This document shows, piece after piece, positions 46,598 through 56,067 of a stretch of DNA of 64,000 bases (positions are counted from its first letter, which is position 1; every line of letters begins with the position of its first letter). The notes under the pieces are model-generated. The model was not told the origin of the DNA and ran no database searches. It worked only from the letters and a program-made list of their open reading frames with translations. This DNA is from a virus. The position numbers and the translations under genes are program-made. The stretch lies in IMG/VR virus record IMGVR_UViG_3300028610_001991; one strand, given 5' to 3'.

Positions 46598-46975
46598 GTG
46601 AGAATATTTAAAACGATTTTATTTATAGGTTTTGAAATAAAACAATTGATTAATAAATTACTATATTTAGCAGGACTGAAGAAAAGAATAAAAATAATAG
46701 ATAAATGTATTTATACAGGGCATAGTGTTCCACGTAAATTTAGTGGACTAGTTAAAAATTGGCACTATAAATATAAATGGAGATGGAAAAAAATGGACAA
46801 TTTTTATTTGATAAAAAAACATATAGTATACATAACTGGAAGTGGCTCATGTAAGTTAATTCCCACTATAGAAATCTTTTATGCTCCTCATAGAATAATT
46901 ATAGCAATAGAATGGTTATGGGGAGGTATTGGGTGGTGGATTAATAGAAAAACAAAGGTAAATAAGGAGGGGTAG
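46598..46975 (+). CDS. hypothetical protein
   Basis: ORF. Confidence 0.5.
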   Translation: MRIFKTILFIGFEIKQLINKLLYLAGLKKRIKIIDKCIYTGHSVPRKFSGLVKNWHYKYKWRWKKMDNFYLIKKHIVYITGSGSCKLIPTIEIFYAPHRIIIAIEWLWGGIGWWINRKTKVNKEG

Positions 46976-47256
46976 TGGATACTACGGATATAAAATTAAT
47001 CGGAGATATACTGCAGGAAGTTAAAGAAAAAAACATAGCTGCTATTATTGTATGGGACGTTGCGTCTAATAAGTTTAAGGTTTTAAAAATGCCTGTCGAT
47101 AAAATACATAATTTAAGACAGAAGATGGGAATAGATAACTAACTTGGTTTGGTCAACCTCACGAAAAAATATGCACATGACCATTTATATATCAGTAACA
47201 TACTAAAAATGAGTATGCACTGAACGCATAATTAAAAGCATAAAAGGAAAAGGTTT

Positions 47257-49476
47257 ATGGAAGTTTTTTTTACAGGTGAAATTAGACACATCATTTTTAA
47301 CGCTCCGGACACAGGCTTTACTGTAGCTGTAGTAACTGTCACTAATGTTATATCAGGCGAAATTCAAACAAAAGAAGTTAAAGTGAGTGGGGAGCTGCCG
47401 AAAGTATCAGTTGGTGAAGTTCTTGAGATAAAAGGAGAATGGGTTGAAACAAAATACGGTCAACAGATAAAGATAGTATCTTATAATTATTCTCACCCTA
47501 CTACAGAACATGGTATTTTTAATTTCTTAAAGTCCGGACTAGTTGAAGGCATAGGCCCTACCTTAGCTGCAGAAATAATTGATAAATTCGGGACCGAGGC
47601 TCTAGATATCCTAGACAACGATATAACTAGATTATCTGAAATAGAAGGTATAGGGGTAAAAAGGATTACTACGATAAAAGAATCCTGGCTTAAACATAAA
47701 AAGATACGAGAGGTTATGATTCAGCTGCAGGCGTATGATATCTCTACCGGTTTTTGTATGAAAATCTATGATAAGTATGGAGTTGACTCACTGAATGTTA
47801 TACAGAGAAACCCGTATAGGTTAGCTTATGATATAGAAGGAATTGGTTTTATTAAAGCAGATAAAATTGGTTTAAGATTAGGTTTCCCTACTGATTCTCC
47901 GGAAAGAATTAAAGCAGCTTTACTATACACCTTAAATTTAAAAACAAGCGAAGAGGGTCATGTATGTTACCCTTACTCTCTACTGATTGTTGCTACTATG
48001 GAACTACTCAATGTAGAAGAAAAACTAGTATATAGTGCTTTTACCGACTTAGTAAAGGAAGAAAAAATCATTTATGAAAAAGTAGAGGATAGGATCGGTG
48101 AGCAGTGGTATATATATCCAATAAAGCTCTATCGTTATGAAAAGCAAGCAGCTGTCTTTTTAAAAAGTATTATGGATCAAACAAATAGTACATTCAGAAT
48201 AGAAGATATAAGAGACGAAGCTGATGTAGCTAATGAGGTGTATAATATAGCTGAAGGGTACGATATAAAACTTACGCAGAAACAAATGGATGCTGTAGTT
48301 AATTCTCTTACAGGAAAAGTTTCAATAATAACAGGTGGACCCGGAACAGGTAAAACAACAATTATTAAGATAATTATAAGATATTTAAATAAGAATTTTG
48401 GTGATGTATTAATTTCCATGGCAGCGCCTACAGGTAGAGCAGCTAAGCGAATGAAAGAAGTAACCGGCCATTCGGCTTCTACAATTCACAGACTGTTAGA
48501 GTTTAATCCTGGTGTTAAACGATTTATAAAAGATGAGGATAACCAACTTTTATGTAGGTACTTAATAATAGACGAGTCCTCAATGATAGATATTTCTCTG
48601 ATGTACTATTTATTGAAAGCAGTACCCGAAGATACAGTAATAATTTTTATAGGTGACATGTATCAATTACCATCTATAGGCCCTGGAAATGTGCTGAGAG
48701 ATATGATCGGCTCTGAAATAATACCTACTGTTACACTGGATGTTGTTTTTAGACAAGCAAAAAATAGTATGATATCTGTTAATGCTCATCTTATTAATGC
48801 AGGTAAAATGCCGCACTTAATACCTTTTAAAAACGGAAATGAATCCCCCTTTTATTTTATAGAAGAAGAAGATCCAGAGAAGATAAAAGATAAAATAGAA
48901 ACTCTTGTAAGTAAATACCTGCCTGAAAAGTATGGGTATGATCCTATGCGAGACATACAGGTATTAAGTCCCATGAATATTGATAAAATTCTTGGTACTA
49001 CTGTATTAAATCAAGAACTACAGCAATTATTGAATAAGTCACAAGTAGAAATAAAAAGAGGCTACCTTCTATTCAAAGAGGGTGACAAAGTAATGCAGAT
49101 TAAGAATAACTATGATAAAAATGTGTTTAACGGGGATATAGGTTACATCGATAGTATACGTGATAAAAAAGTCTATGTTAACTTTGATGATGGTATAGTT
49201 ATTTATGAAAATTTTGATTTAGATGAACTTCGCCTTTCTTATGCAGTTTCGATACATAAATTTCAGGGTAGTGAGTATCCTGTAATAGTATTACCTATCA
49301 CTAAACGACATTATAGACTATTACAGCGTAATTTAATATACACAGGTATTACCAGGGGTAAAGAGCTTGTAATTTTAGTAGGATCTTCGTATTGGCTGCA
49401 GATAGGTATAAATAATAATAAAATACAGAAAAGGCACACTTTTTTAAAAAAGAGAATTATTTCAGAATCTGCTTGA
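47257..49476 (+). CDS. recD2: RecD2 (RecD/TraA-family) SF1B helicase
   Basis: N-terminal OB and HhH (EGIG) repeats, GGPGTGKTT, IIDESSM, YAVSIHKFQGSEY, YTGITR. Confidence 0.93.
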   Translation: MEVFFTGEIRHIIFNAPDTGFTVAVVTVTNVISGEIQTKEVKVSGELPKVSVGEVLEIKGEWVETKYGQQIKIVSYNYSHPTTEHGIFNFLKSGLVEGIGPTLAAEIIDKFGTEALDILDNDITRLSEIEGIGVKRITTIKESWLKHKKIREVMIQLQAYDISTGFCMKIYDKYGVDSLNVIQRNPYRLAYDIEGIGFIKADKIGLRLGFPTDSPERIKAALLYTLNLKTSEEGHVCYPYSLLIVATMELLNVEEKLVYSAFTDLVKEEKIIYEKVEDRIGEQWYIYPIKLYRYEKQAAVFLKSIMDQTNSTFRIEDIRDEADVANEVYNIAEGYDIKLTQKQMDAVVNSLTGKVSIITGGPGTGKTTIIKIIIRYLNKNFGDVLISMAAPTGRAAKRMKEVTGHSASTIHRLLEFNPGVKRFIKDEDNQLLCRYLIIDESSMIDISLMYYLLKAVPEDTVIIFIGDMYQLPSIGPGNVLRDMIGSEIIPTVTLDVVFRQAKNSMISVNAHLINAGKMPHLIPFKNGNESPFYFIEEEDPEKIKDKIETLVSKYLPEKYGYDPMRDIQVLSPMNIDKILGTTVLNQELQQLLNKSQVEIKRGYLLFKEGDKVMQIKNNYDKNVFNGDIGYIDSIRDKKVYVNFDDGIVIYENFDLDELRLSYAVSIHKFQGSEYPVIVLPITKRHYRLLQRNLIYTGITRGKELVILVGSSYWLQIGINNNKIQKRHTFLKKRIISESA

Positions 49477-49501
49477 TTTTTTTCTGAAAATATGTTATTC
49501 T
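49473..49501 (+). promoter_or_regulatory. sigma70-type promoter with extended -10
   Basis: TTGATT-17bp-TATTCT preceded by TGn. Confidence 0.55.
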
Positions 49502-49526
49502 ACTCATATGAGTAAGGGAGTACTAT

Positions 49527-49721
49527 ATGAGTAATATTAGACTAAATGTAAATCTTGATAAAGAGCTGTATAAGAAACTTAAGCTAAAATTAATGCAAAG
49601 AGACGAAACCATTACAGACTGGATAATCAGACAGATTGATAGTTACGTAAATAATGGGATTAAAATAAATTCGGATATAAGTAGTCCTCCTGGAAATATC
49701 GATTTCGGGAAGGATGTCTAA
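49527..49721 (+). CDS. ribbon-helix-helix (CopG/ParG-like) DNA-binding protein
   Basis: IRLNVNLDKELYKKLK...TITDWI pattern. Confidence 0.7.
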   Translation: MSNIRLNVNLDKELYKKLKLKLMQRDETITDWIIRQIDSYVNNGIKINSDISSPPGNIDFGKDV

Positions 49722-49797
49722 CTATATCACTGGTGATTATATATTGGATAAATATGTATATGACCGTATAAACAAATTTAATCAGAGGAGGAAAGTT

Positions 49798-50910
49798 ATG
49801 GCTGAAAAAAAAACAGTGCCTAAGCTCACGATACCACTTATTTCGTGTGATTTTGGTTATGGTATTACGAAAATCTTTAACGGGGTTGATGATCCGCTGG
49901 GTATCAAATCACTAGTAGGGGATCCTATTGGTTTAATCAAGTTTCAAACAAAAATTAAAGAAAGTAAAAAAAAGGGAAAATATGATTTAGACTGGATATC
50001 CTGCAGATACCCTAAAACTGATAAACGCTATTTTATCGGGGAATTGGCCCGGAGGCAGTCTGCACATGTTTACTACATTACAGATCAAGATAAACTATCG
50101 TATGATAGTACGAAAGCTCTCATTGATACCGGTATTGCTTTAATGCTCCCTGAGACAGTAAAAAATAAACCTATACCTTTGGCTTTAAATGTAGTGACAG
50201 GATTACCAGTCAGCCAGTATGTTAAAGTACAGCAGGAAGGATTACGTAAATCACTTTTAGGTGAGCATAGTATAGAGTTTGACTGGGATCGTGATAATTC
50301 CTTTAAACATGGATATAAGTTTAAAATTAACGAGATATCTATTATACCTCAACCTGTTGGTACTTTCTATAATATTATCCTTGACAATAAAGGTGATTTT
50401 TTGCCTGAGTATGAAACACTGGCATCCGGGAATGTAGCTCTTATAGACGTAGGGTACGGCACGACAGACTTATGTGTACTAAAAGGTATTGAGTACATAG
50501 AAAAGAGCAGCAGAAGCTCTAATACGGCAATGAGTAGTGTATTTAGCTATATTAGCAGTAGACTAGCTGAACATTCCGGAATTGAAATACCTGTATGGAA
50601 GATAGAGCCTGTTATCTCCGGGGATAGTAAAGAAATGCTTATCAGGCTGGAAGGTAAGACATACAAATTAGATAATATCTACCAGCAAGCTATTGATGCT
50701 ATTTTTGAGGAACTAATGGCAGCAGCTAAAGGATTGTGGAGAACAGAACATCAGATCGACACTTATATTATAATGGGCGGTGGAGCAAAACCATTTGCAG
50801 AAAAATTCAAAACTACTTTCGGGACTAAAGGTAGTGTAATAATAGCTGATGATCCTGTATTCTCTAATGTTAAGGGTTATTATAAATACGGAAGGAGGTT
50901 GTTTAAATGA
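49798..50910 (+). CDS. ParM/StbA-like actin-fold ATPase
   Basis: CDFGYGITK, LIDVGYGTTD, IMGGGA, FSNVKGY; start moved to ATG 49798 after GAGGAGG. Confidence 0.88.
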   Translation: MAEKKTVPKLTIPLISCDFGYGITKIFNGVDDPLGIKSLVGDPIGLIKFQTKIKESKKKGKYDLDWISCRYPKTDKRYFIGELARRQSAHVYYITDQDKLSYDSTKALIDTGIALMLPETVKNKPIPLALNVVTGLPVSQYVKVQQEGLRKSLLGEHSIEFDWDRDNSFKHGYKFKINEISIIPQPVGTFYNIILDNKGDFLPEYETLASGNVALIDVGYGTTDLCVLKGIEYIEKSSRSSNTAMSSVFSYISSRLAEHSGIEIPVWKIEPVISGDSKEMLIRLEGKTYKLDNIYQQAIDAIFEELMAAAKGLWRTEHQIDTYIIMGGGAKPFAEKFKTTFGTKGSVIIADDPVFSNVKGYYKYGRRLFK

Positions 50911-51302
50911 ATGAAATAAAGATAAAAAAGGTTGAAGGCGGTTACTCTATAGAGGCTGTTACAGAATTAGAAGAAAAGGAGATAAAAGAAAATGAGTTAA
51001 ATAAAGAGTTTAAACTTCAGGAGTCTGTACATGCTACTATAGAGGATGCTTTTGCTAAACAATTGGAATTATTTGAAAAGCGAACCGAAAAAGGTAAAGG
51101 CACTGAATATGGAAAAATAACTATTCTGAGAACAGCAGATATACCTACCGATGTCTTAAAGAAAAAAGCTACAGCTGAGGCAACTGTTGAAGCAGCAGTA
51201 TTACCGGAAGAGGTAAAAACGGTTAAACATGAAGATGTGATACAGTTTGAAAAAGGTGCTGTTGAGAAAATAAAAGAAGCAGAGAAAGAGCAACTAAAAT
51301 GA
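50907..51302 (+). CDS. hypothetical charged protein (possible ParM adaptor)
   Basis: Coupled to the ParM-like gene. Confidence 0.5.
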   Translation: MNEIKIKKVEGGYSIEAVTELEEKEIKENELNKEFKLQESVHATIEDAFAKQLELFEKRTEKGKGTEYGKITILRTADIPTDVLKKKATAEATVEAAVLPEEVKTVKHEDVIQFEKGAVEKIKEAEKEQLK

Positions 51303-51583
51303 AGAAAAAACTAATAGCTATACTGGCTATTGCCGGAGCTGTTCTTACTGCTGTTCTCCTCATATTAAAGGAAGTTTTAAAAGGTAGGGTTACATATAAT
51401 CATCTTGAAGATCTTAAAACCGGTATACGTGATGAAAAGAAGAAAAATGTAGATATTATCCGAGATAGCACAAAAGCAGTAAAACTACAGGATAAGATTA
51501 TTAAGGAAAAAGCAAAACAGATCAAAGAGATGAATATGAATGAGCAGTTAGATTATGCTAAAAAGTTAGGGCTGGTTAAATGA
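51299..51583 (+). CDS. membrane-anchored coiled-coil protein (i-spanin-like?)
   Basis: N-terminal TM helix followed by a charged coil. Confidence 0.45.
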   Translation: MKKKLIAILAIAGAVLTAVLLILKEVLKGRVTYNHLEDLKTGIRDEKKKNVDIIRDSTKAVKLQDKIIKEKAKQIKEMNMNEQLDYAKKLGLVK

Positions 51584-51858
51584 GAAGATTCTTTAGAGAG
51601 TTATTTAAACCGGCATTAAAGTGTAAAAGAGTAGGGCATAAGATTACTGTAGAATATTTGAAAATAAGAAAAGAAGGTAGCTTCGGGTGCGCAGTTGAGG
51701 ATTTTAACGCTAAAAGAAAAATATGCGGAAGATGCGGTAAAGTTATTAAAAAACCTTATAACCTTACAGTGCTTGATTTCTATACTAGCTGTAGTATGCC
51801 TGACTACATGTGGGATGAAATGAGAGAGAATGGGTATTTAATTTTAAAATATTATTAA
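51580..51858 (+). CDS. small Zn-binding protein (DUF1660-like)
   Basis: CKRVGHK...CGRCG. Confidence 0.55.
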   Translation: MRRFFRELFKPALKCKRVGHKITVEYLKIRKEGSFGCAVEDFNAKRKICGRCGKVIKKPYNLTVLDFYTSCSMPDYMWDEMRENGYLILKYY

Positions 51859-51869
51859 AAGGATAAACT

Positions 51870-52070
51870 ATGGACACTAGAACAGGCAACTTAATTTCAA
51901 TAAAAGAGCTTGAAGCTCTTAAACAACAGGATCCGGATGAAGCGAAGTTTTTTAAAGAGATTGAAGCTACAAGAGAGCAAGCGAAAAATATGAGAGTTGG
52001 CCGTAATGATAGATGTCCTTGCAGCAGCGGAAAGAAATTCAAACATTGTTGTTTAGTAAGGGCTGGGTAA
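51870..52070 (+). CDS. SEC-C motif protein
   Basis: [19 protein letters not shown]. Confidence 0.85.
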   Translation: MDTRTGNLISIKELEALKQQDPDEAKFFKEIEATREQAKNMRVGRNDRCPCSSGKKFKHCCLVRAG

Positions 52071-52276
52071 TGTGTATATTTCATAAATGGGTGCTTGCTG
52101 AGATGACTGAAGGTATGAGGAAGAGGGGCTGTACAGGTAGAAGGGTTTGTATGAAGTGCGGTCGCTTGGAAATAAGGAAATCAAGCTTTTACTTTGGCGG
52201 TAATTGGTTACATAATAGGGATGTTGATCCTAAACAAATAAGAGTATTAATACCCCGGCCGGTAGAAAGCGATTAA
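52070..52276 (+). CDS. small Zn-binding protein (DUF1660-like)
   Basis: MCIFHKW...CMKCG; start moved to ATG 52070. Confidence 0.5.
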   Translation: MCIFHKWVLAEMTEGMRKRGCTGRRVCMKCGRLEIRKSSFYFGGNWLHNRDVDPKQIRVLIPRPVESD

Positions 52277-52296
52277 TAGGTATATCTGTTTATAAT

Positions 52297-52446
52297 ATGA
52301 AAAATCTACTATGTCTCTTACTCGGTCATATAATTACCAATATAGATTATATTAATTTTGAAGCCGACTGTGGTAGATGTGGTAAAAGGTTAGAGGTATC
52401 CTACGATATGTGTTACGGTGAAACTTATGTTGTAAGAGAGAAATAA
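52297..52446 (+). CDS. small Zn-binding protein (DUF1660-like, 49 aa, not in track)
   Basis: LLCLLLGH...CGRCG. Confidence 0.55.
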   Translation: MKNLLCLLLGHIITNIDYINFEADCGRCGKRLEVSYDMCYGETYVVREK

Positions 52447-53066
52447 TGGATAATATAATTTATGGTCCTGATTGTATACGCTGCGGACTACACCATACTA
52501 GAAAAAATGTAGTGTACGGTAAAGGTAATCTCAAAGCTAACATCTTAATGTTAGGGGAGGCACCGGGTGCCGTGGAAGATGAGCTAGGTTGGTGTTTTGC
52601 TGGTAAATCGGGAGGGTATCTTGATACAGAAGTACTTGAATACGCCAGTTTACGCTGGAATATTCCTGCAACGGCTAATGTATGGATTGATAATGTAGTT
52701 CGTTGCCGACCCATAAAATTTGAGCACGGTAAGGTTAGAAACAGACAACCAAATGGTATTGAATTACAAGCCTGCGGGGTATACACACGTAATTTAATTA
52801 GTGTAGTTAAGCCTTATTTAATTATATGTTTGGGTGCAGTACCTGCCAGGTATATCATACATTTATCAGGAGAAGATATTATATGGAGGAGAGGCGAGTT
52901 GTTTTTTTGGGAGGGTAGGGCTGTGCTGCCTTTACACCATCCTGCAAAATTCTGCTATGATTACGAGACAACCAGAAAAGAAACAAGACTCCATATAGAC
53001 AATAATAGAAAGTACATAACAATGGCTTTAAATAATATAAATATATCCCAGGAGATGATTAGATGA
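52446..53066 (+). CDS. family-4 uracil-DNA glycosylase
   Basis: CIRC, GEAPG, NVVRCRP, C, HHPA. Confidence 0.9.
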   Translation: MDNIIYGPDCIRCGLHHTRKNVVYGKGNLKANILMLGEAPGAVEDELGWCFAGKSGGYLDTEVLEYASLRWNIPATANVWIDNVVRCRPIKFEHGKVRNRQPNGIELQACGVYTRNLISVVKPYLIICLGAVPARYIIHLSGEDIIWRRGELFFWEGRAVLPLHHPAKFCYDYETTRKETRLHIDNNRKYITMALNNINISQEMIR

Positions 53067-53482
53067 AAAAGTTAATTATTGTAGTTTTATGTATGTGTAT
53101 GTTTTTACTTATAGCAGAAGAAAAACGAGTTATAAAGTTATTTGAAAATGGTGTGAGAGATTTTACGTATACTAACTCTTTTTGGCTTGTTTCTCCTTTT
53201 GTCTTTACTGAACTGTTAGCGGCTTATTCAGTACAGACAAACTACTTGCAAAAAAGTACAAGCCAGGATAAAATAATAAATGCTTTAATAACTCAAACTA
53301 ATTTGGATCTAAAATTAATTAGTTATACTGAAATGCAAAATAAGCAACTAAACACTGAACTTCAGAGTAAGAAACTCCAATTAGTGTTGTGGACAGGTGG
53401 AAGTTTAGTGGTAGGGATAGGATTAACTGCTTTAATATACAATATAGCAGGTAACCATATAAAATCTATTAATAAGGAGTAA
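53063..53482 (+). CDS. exported/membrane protein (signal peptide, coiled coil, C-terminal TM)
   Basis: MKK plus hydrophobic N-terminus; C-terminal GGSLVVGIGLTALI. Confidence 0.55.
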   Translation: MKKLIIVVLCMCMFLLIAEEKRVIKLFENGVRDFTYTNSFWLVSPFVFTELLAAYSVQTNYLQKSTSQDKIINALITQTNLDLKLISYTEMQNKQLNTELQSKKLQLVLWTGGSLVVGIGLTALIYNIAGNHIKSINKE

Positions 53483-53486
53483 GTTT

Positions 53487-54389
53487 ATGTCAGAAAATGA
53501 AGTAAAAAAAGAGGATGGATCGTCTATACCCATGGATGCAAGAATGGATATACCGGAAGACGCTCCAGGAAATTTAGAGCCGAATATACCTCAGCCTGAG
53601 CCTGAGTTCCTGCGGCCTGGTGTAAATAAGTCTGAAGGAGGTGTACCACACCCTGAGTTCCCGGCAAACGATGAAAATAAACCTGAAGAAAATATACCTC
53701 AGCCTGAGTTTACAAATGAATCAGTAGCAGCTGTACCCCCTCCCCCGCCGCCGCTAATTAATGCAGCAGAAGATAAATTTATACTGGATGAGCCTGTAGT
53801 AATAGACGACTCTGCAGTAACAAATGAATCTGTAGCAGAAGATGAACCTGCAGTAACAGGTGAACCTGTAATAACAGATGAGCCTGCAGTAACAGGTGAA
53901 CCTGTAATAACAGATGAGCCTGCAACAGGAGATGTACCGGCAGCAGGAGATGAGTTGCAAGAAGCTGATGCCCCTATCATGAGTAAAAAACAATTGCGCG
54001 GCCTTGTAAAAGAAGCAGGTATGAAAATCCCAGGATACAAAAAATTATCTGCAGAAAAATTACAGAAGGCAATTCATGAGTATGTTCCTCCGGTAGTAGT
54101 AACAGATGAGCCTACAGCAGATATTAAAGATGAAGTACCTGGCGAAGTACCTATTGAAGATACTGAAGAGGGAGCACCTAATGAAGAGCATAAAGGTAAC
54201 TCAGAAATAAGGCACCTTAAAAAAGTTGTAAGAGCAGAGTTAAGTAAAAATTACGCTGAGCGTATACTTACTGCGTTTGATACAGCACTTAAGGAAGAGA
54301 ATGATGGTTATCCGAAAAAGATATTACTTGGAGCTATAAAACATATTCTTAATCCTAAAATTGCTGCTAGTATTGCCCCTAAACTGTAA
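53487..54389 (+). CDS. acidic Pro-rich protein with a Rho-N/HeH-like helical motif
   Basis: Low-complexity acidic region; MSKKQLRGLVKEAGMKIPGYKKLSAEKL. Confidence 0.6.
   Translation: MSENEVKKEDGSSIPMDARMDIPEDAPGNLEPNIPQPEPEFLRPGVNKSEGGVPHPEFPANDENKPEENIPQPEFTNESVAAVPPPPPPLINAAEDKFILDEPVVIDDSAVTNESVAEDEPAVTGEPVITDEPAVTGEPVITDEPATGDVPAAGDELQEADAPIMSKKQLRGLVKEAGMKIPGYKKLSAEKLQKAIHEYVPPVVVTDEPTADIKDEVPGEVPIEDTEEGAPNEEHKGNSEIRHLKKVVRAELSKNYAERILTAFDTALKEENDGYPKKILLGAIKHILNPKIAASIAPKL
53841..53924 (+). repeat. 36-bp coding tandem repeat (about 2.3 copies)
   Basis: GATGA(A/G)CCTGCAGTAACAGGTGAACCTGTAATAACA. Confidence 0.9.
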
Positions 54390-54394
54390 AGATA

Positions 54395-54643
54395 ATGAAA
54401 AAATCAATTGAGGATGTTTTAAGAAAAGAACTAGGTAGTATTCATGACTCTGGTAAGTTAAGAGATATTGTAATTATTCTTAGTGGTTTATTACTACAGG
54501 ATATGAAAGCGGTATCTGAAAAATTTACAGAACTTAAGAGACAGTTACAAGAAAGCCCTAATAAAGAAGATGCATCTTTTATACGGTTTTTAACTGTACT
54601 ACTATCTCTTGCTATAGGTAATATGGCTAAAAGAAAAAAATGA
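54395..54643 (+). CDS. hypothetical protein
   Basis: ORF. Confidence 0.5.
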   Translation: MKKSIEDVLRKELGSIHDSGKLRDIVIILSGLLLQDMKAVSEKFTELKRQLQESPNKEDASFIRFLTVLLSLAIGNMAKRKK

Positions 54644-54933
54644 AAAATTATCTAGGCACTAAAGACGTATATAAGCTTTTACGCATTAGTAAATCAGCCA
54701 TTAATAACTACGTAAAAACGGGCGTATTTAAAGCAAAAAAGAAAGATCCTTTTGGAAAATCGATTAGGGTTTATACATGGGAAGATATACGGCAATTAGC
54801 TTTATTAAGGTACGGACCTATAGTTACTAAGGAATTTATAATCAAATGTCCTTACGGTACCTGTAAAAAGCCAATGAAGGTCTCGCTATTATACTTAGCA
54901 TATGAAGAATTAAAAAGTAAAAAGTATATTTAA
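54640..54933 (+). CDS. MerR/excisionase-type HTH protein
   Basis: YLGTKDVYKLLRISKSAINNY...RVYTWEDI. Confidence 0.7.
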   Translation: MKNYLGTKDVYKLLRISKSAINNYVKTGVFKAKKKDPFGKSIRVYTWEDIRQLALLRYGPIVTKEFIIKCPYGTCKKPMKVSLLYLAYEELKSKKYI

Positions 54934-55187
54934 TGGAGAGTAATATGGAAGATCTACAAAAACAGATTGAAGATTTAATTAATAGAAATTGTGCTGAAAA
55001 TGAGAGTAATACACCTGATTTTATTTTAGCTGAGTATCTACTCGATTGTTTAAGAACATGGAATAATACAACGAAAAAAAGAGATAAGTGGTACTCAGTT
55101 AATTTAGAGCCTGGTAATAGTAGTTTTGCTTGCTGTACCGACTCTGATAAAGCAGTTAAAAATGCCCATCATGAAGAGGTACACTAA
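54933..55187 (+). CDS. hypothetical phage protein
   Basis: ENESNTPDFILAEYL motif. Confidence 0.6.
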   Translation: MESNMEDLQKQIEDLINRNCAENESNTPDFILAEYLLDCLRTWNNTTKKRDKWYSVNLEPGNSSFACCTDSDKAVKNAHHEEVH

Positions 55188-55194
55188 AATATAC

Positions 55195-55735
55195 ACAAGG
55201 GCAACGATACTGACACCCTTGCAAGAAAACGGACAGTAGAGGAAAAACTTCTTCTGGTATCACGGCAGTCGAGAAGCCAAGTAAACAGAGAGGATAAAGG
55301 AGGTTAAACCCTCCTCCACGCGAGAGCCGCGTTAGGATCAACTGGTGGTTGCTGAGGGATTGCGCATAACCGATGTAATTGACTGCCACGTTTTATTATC
55401 TAGTAGAGCGGACGATATCCATCCTTACTAACGTAAGGAGACAGAGGCGAGTTCATAGAAATATGTTCCGGATTTTCTATGCTCTATAAAGATAGAGGCT
55501 TTTGTGGTTTAGCCTACTGTTCAATTAAACACTCCCTCTTCAGAAACGTGGGCTACGTTTTTGGCGGTTTTCAAGGTTTGTCTGTATCAAACCTTGGTTA
55601 TGGAAAAAGGGAGATTTGTAACTTCCTACTATGATGGCTGAGGGTGTCTTGCTGCCGGTGAGGAGTTCTGCAGAATTTCAAGACACGGATGGATCTACTG
55701 GGAAACCGGGGAGAATGCGGCCCGATGCCATGTCT
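55195..55735 (+). ncRNA. candidate large structured non-coding RNA (about 540 nt), family unassigned
   Basis: No credible ORF; at least 10 hand-identified helices, including long-range ones; GAAA tetraloop. Confidence 0.65.
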
Positions 55736-55749
55736 TTATTTATGTTATT

Positions 55750-55992
55750 ATGATTATAAATAAGAAACGTATCTTTTGGATCTTAATATGTGGTTTGTGG
55801 GTATTTAATATTTATATGCTCTTTTTTAGAAGAACACAGCCGCAAGAACACGTTATTAAGTTTACCAATATTGAGGATTTACGAAAAGAAGATCCTGAGG
55901 ATCCTCGCATAAAAGAATTTGAAGAAATAATTGAAGAATGGAGGCCAATAATTGAATTGAATATTAGAGCATGGATTAAATCAAATGAATGA
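55750..55992 (+). CDS. small single-pass membrane protein
   Basis: N-terminal TM helix. Confidence 0.5.
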   Translation: MIINKKRIFWILICGLWVFNIYMLFFRRTQPQEHVIKFTNIEDLRKEDPEDPRIKEFEEIIEEWRPIIELNIRAWIKSNE

Positions 55993-56012
55993 GGAAATTA
56001 TATGAGTCACAA

Positions 56013-56041
56013 TTGCTTTTACTTGATTTATGTTGTATACT
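56013..56041 (+). promoter_or_regulatory. sigma70-type promoter
   Basis: TTGCTT-17bp-TATACT. Confidence 0.65.
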
Positions 56042-56067
56042 TTATTATCTTATAAAAGGAGGAAACT

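Noticed and set aside
55195-55735. Assignment as tmRNA, RNase P RNA, or group I/II intron
   Set aside because: No tRNA-like ends or tag ORF, no GAGGAAAGUCC/P4 pairing, no P7 or domain V consensus found by eye.
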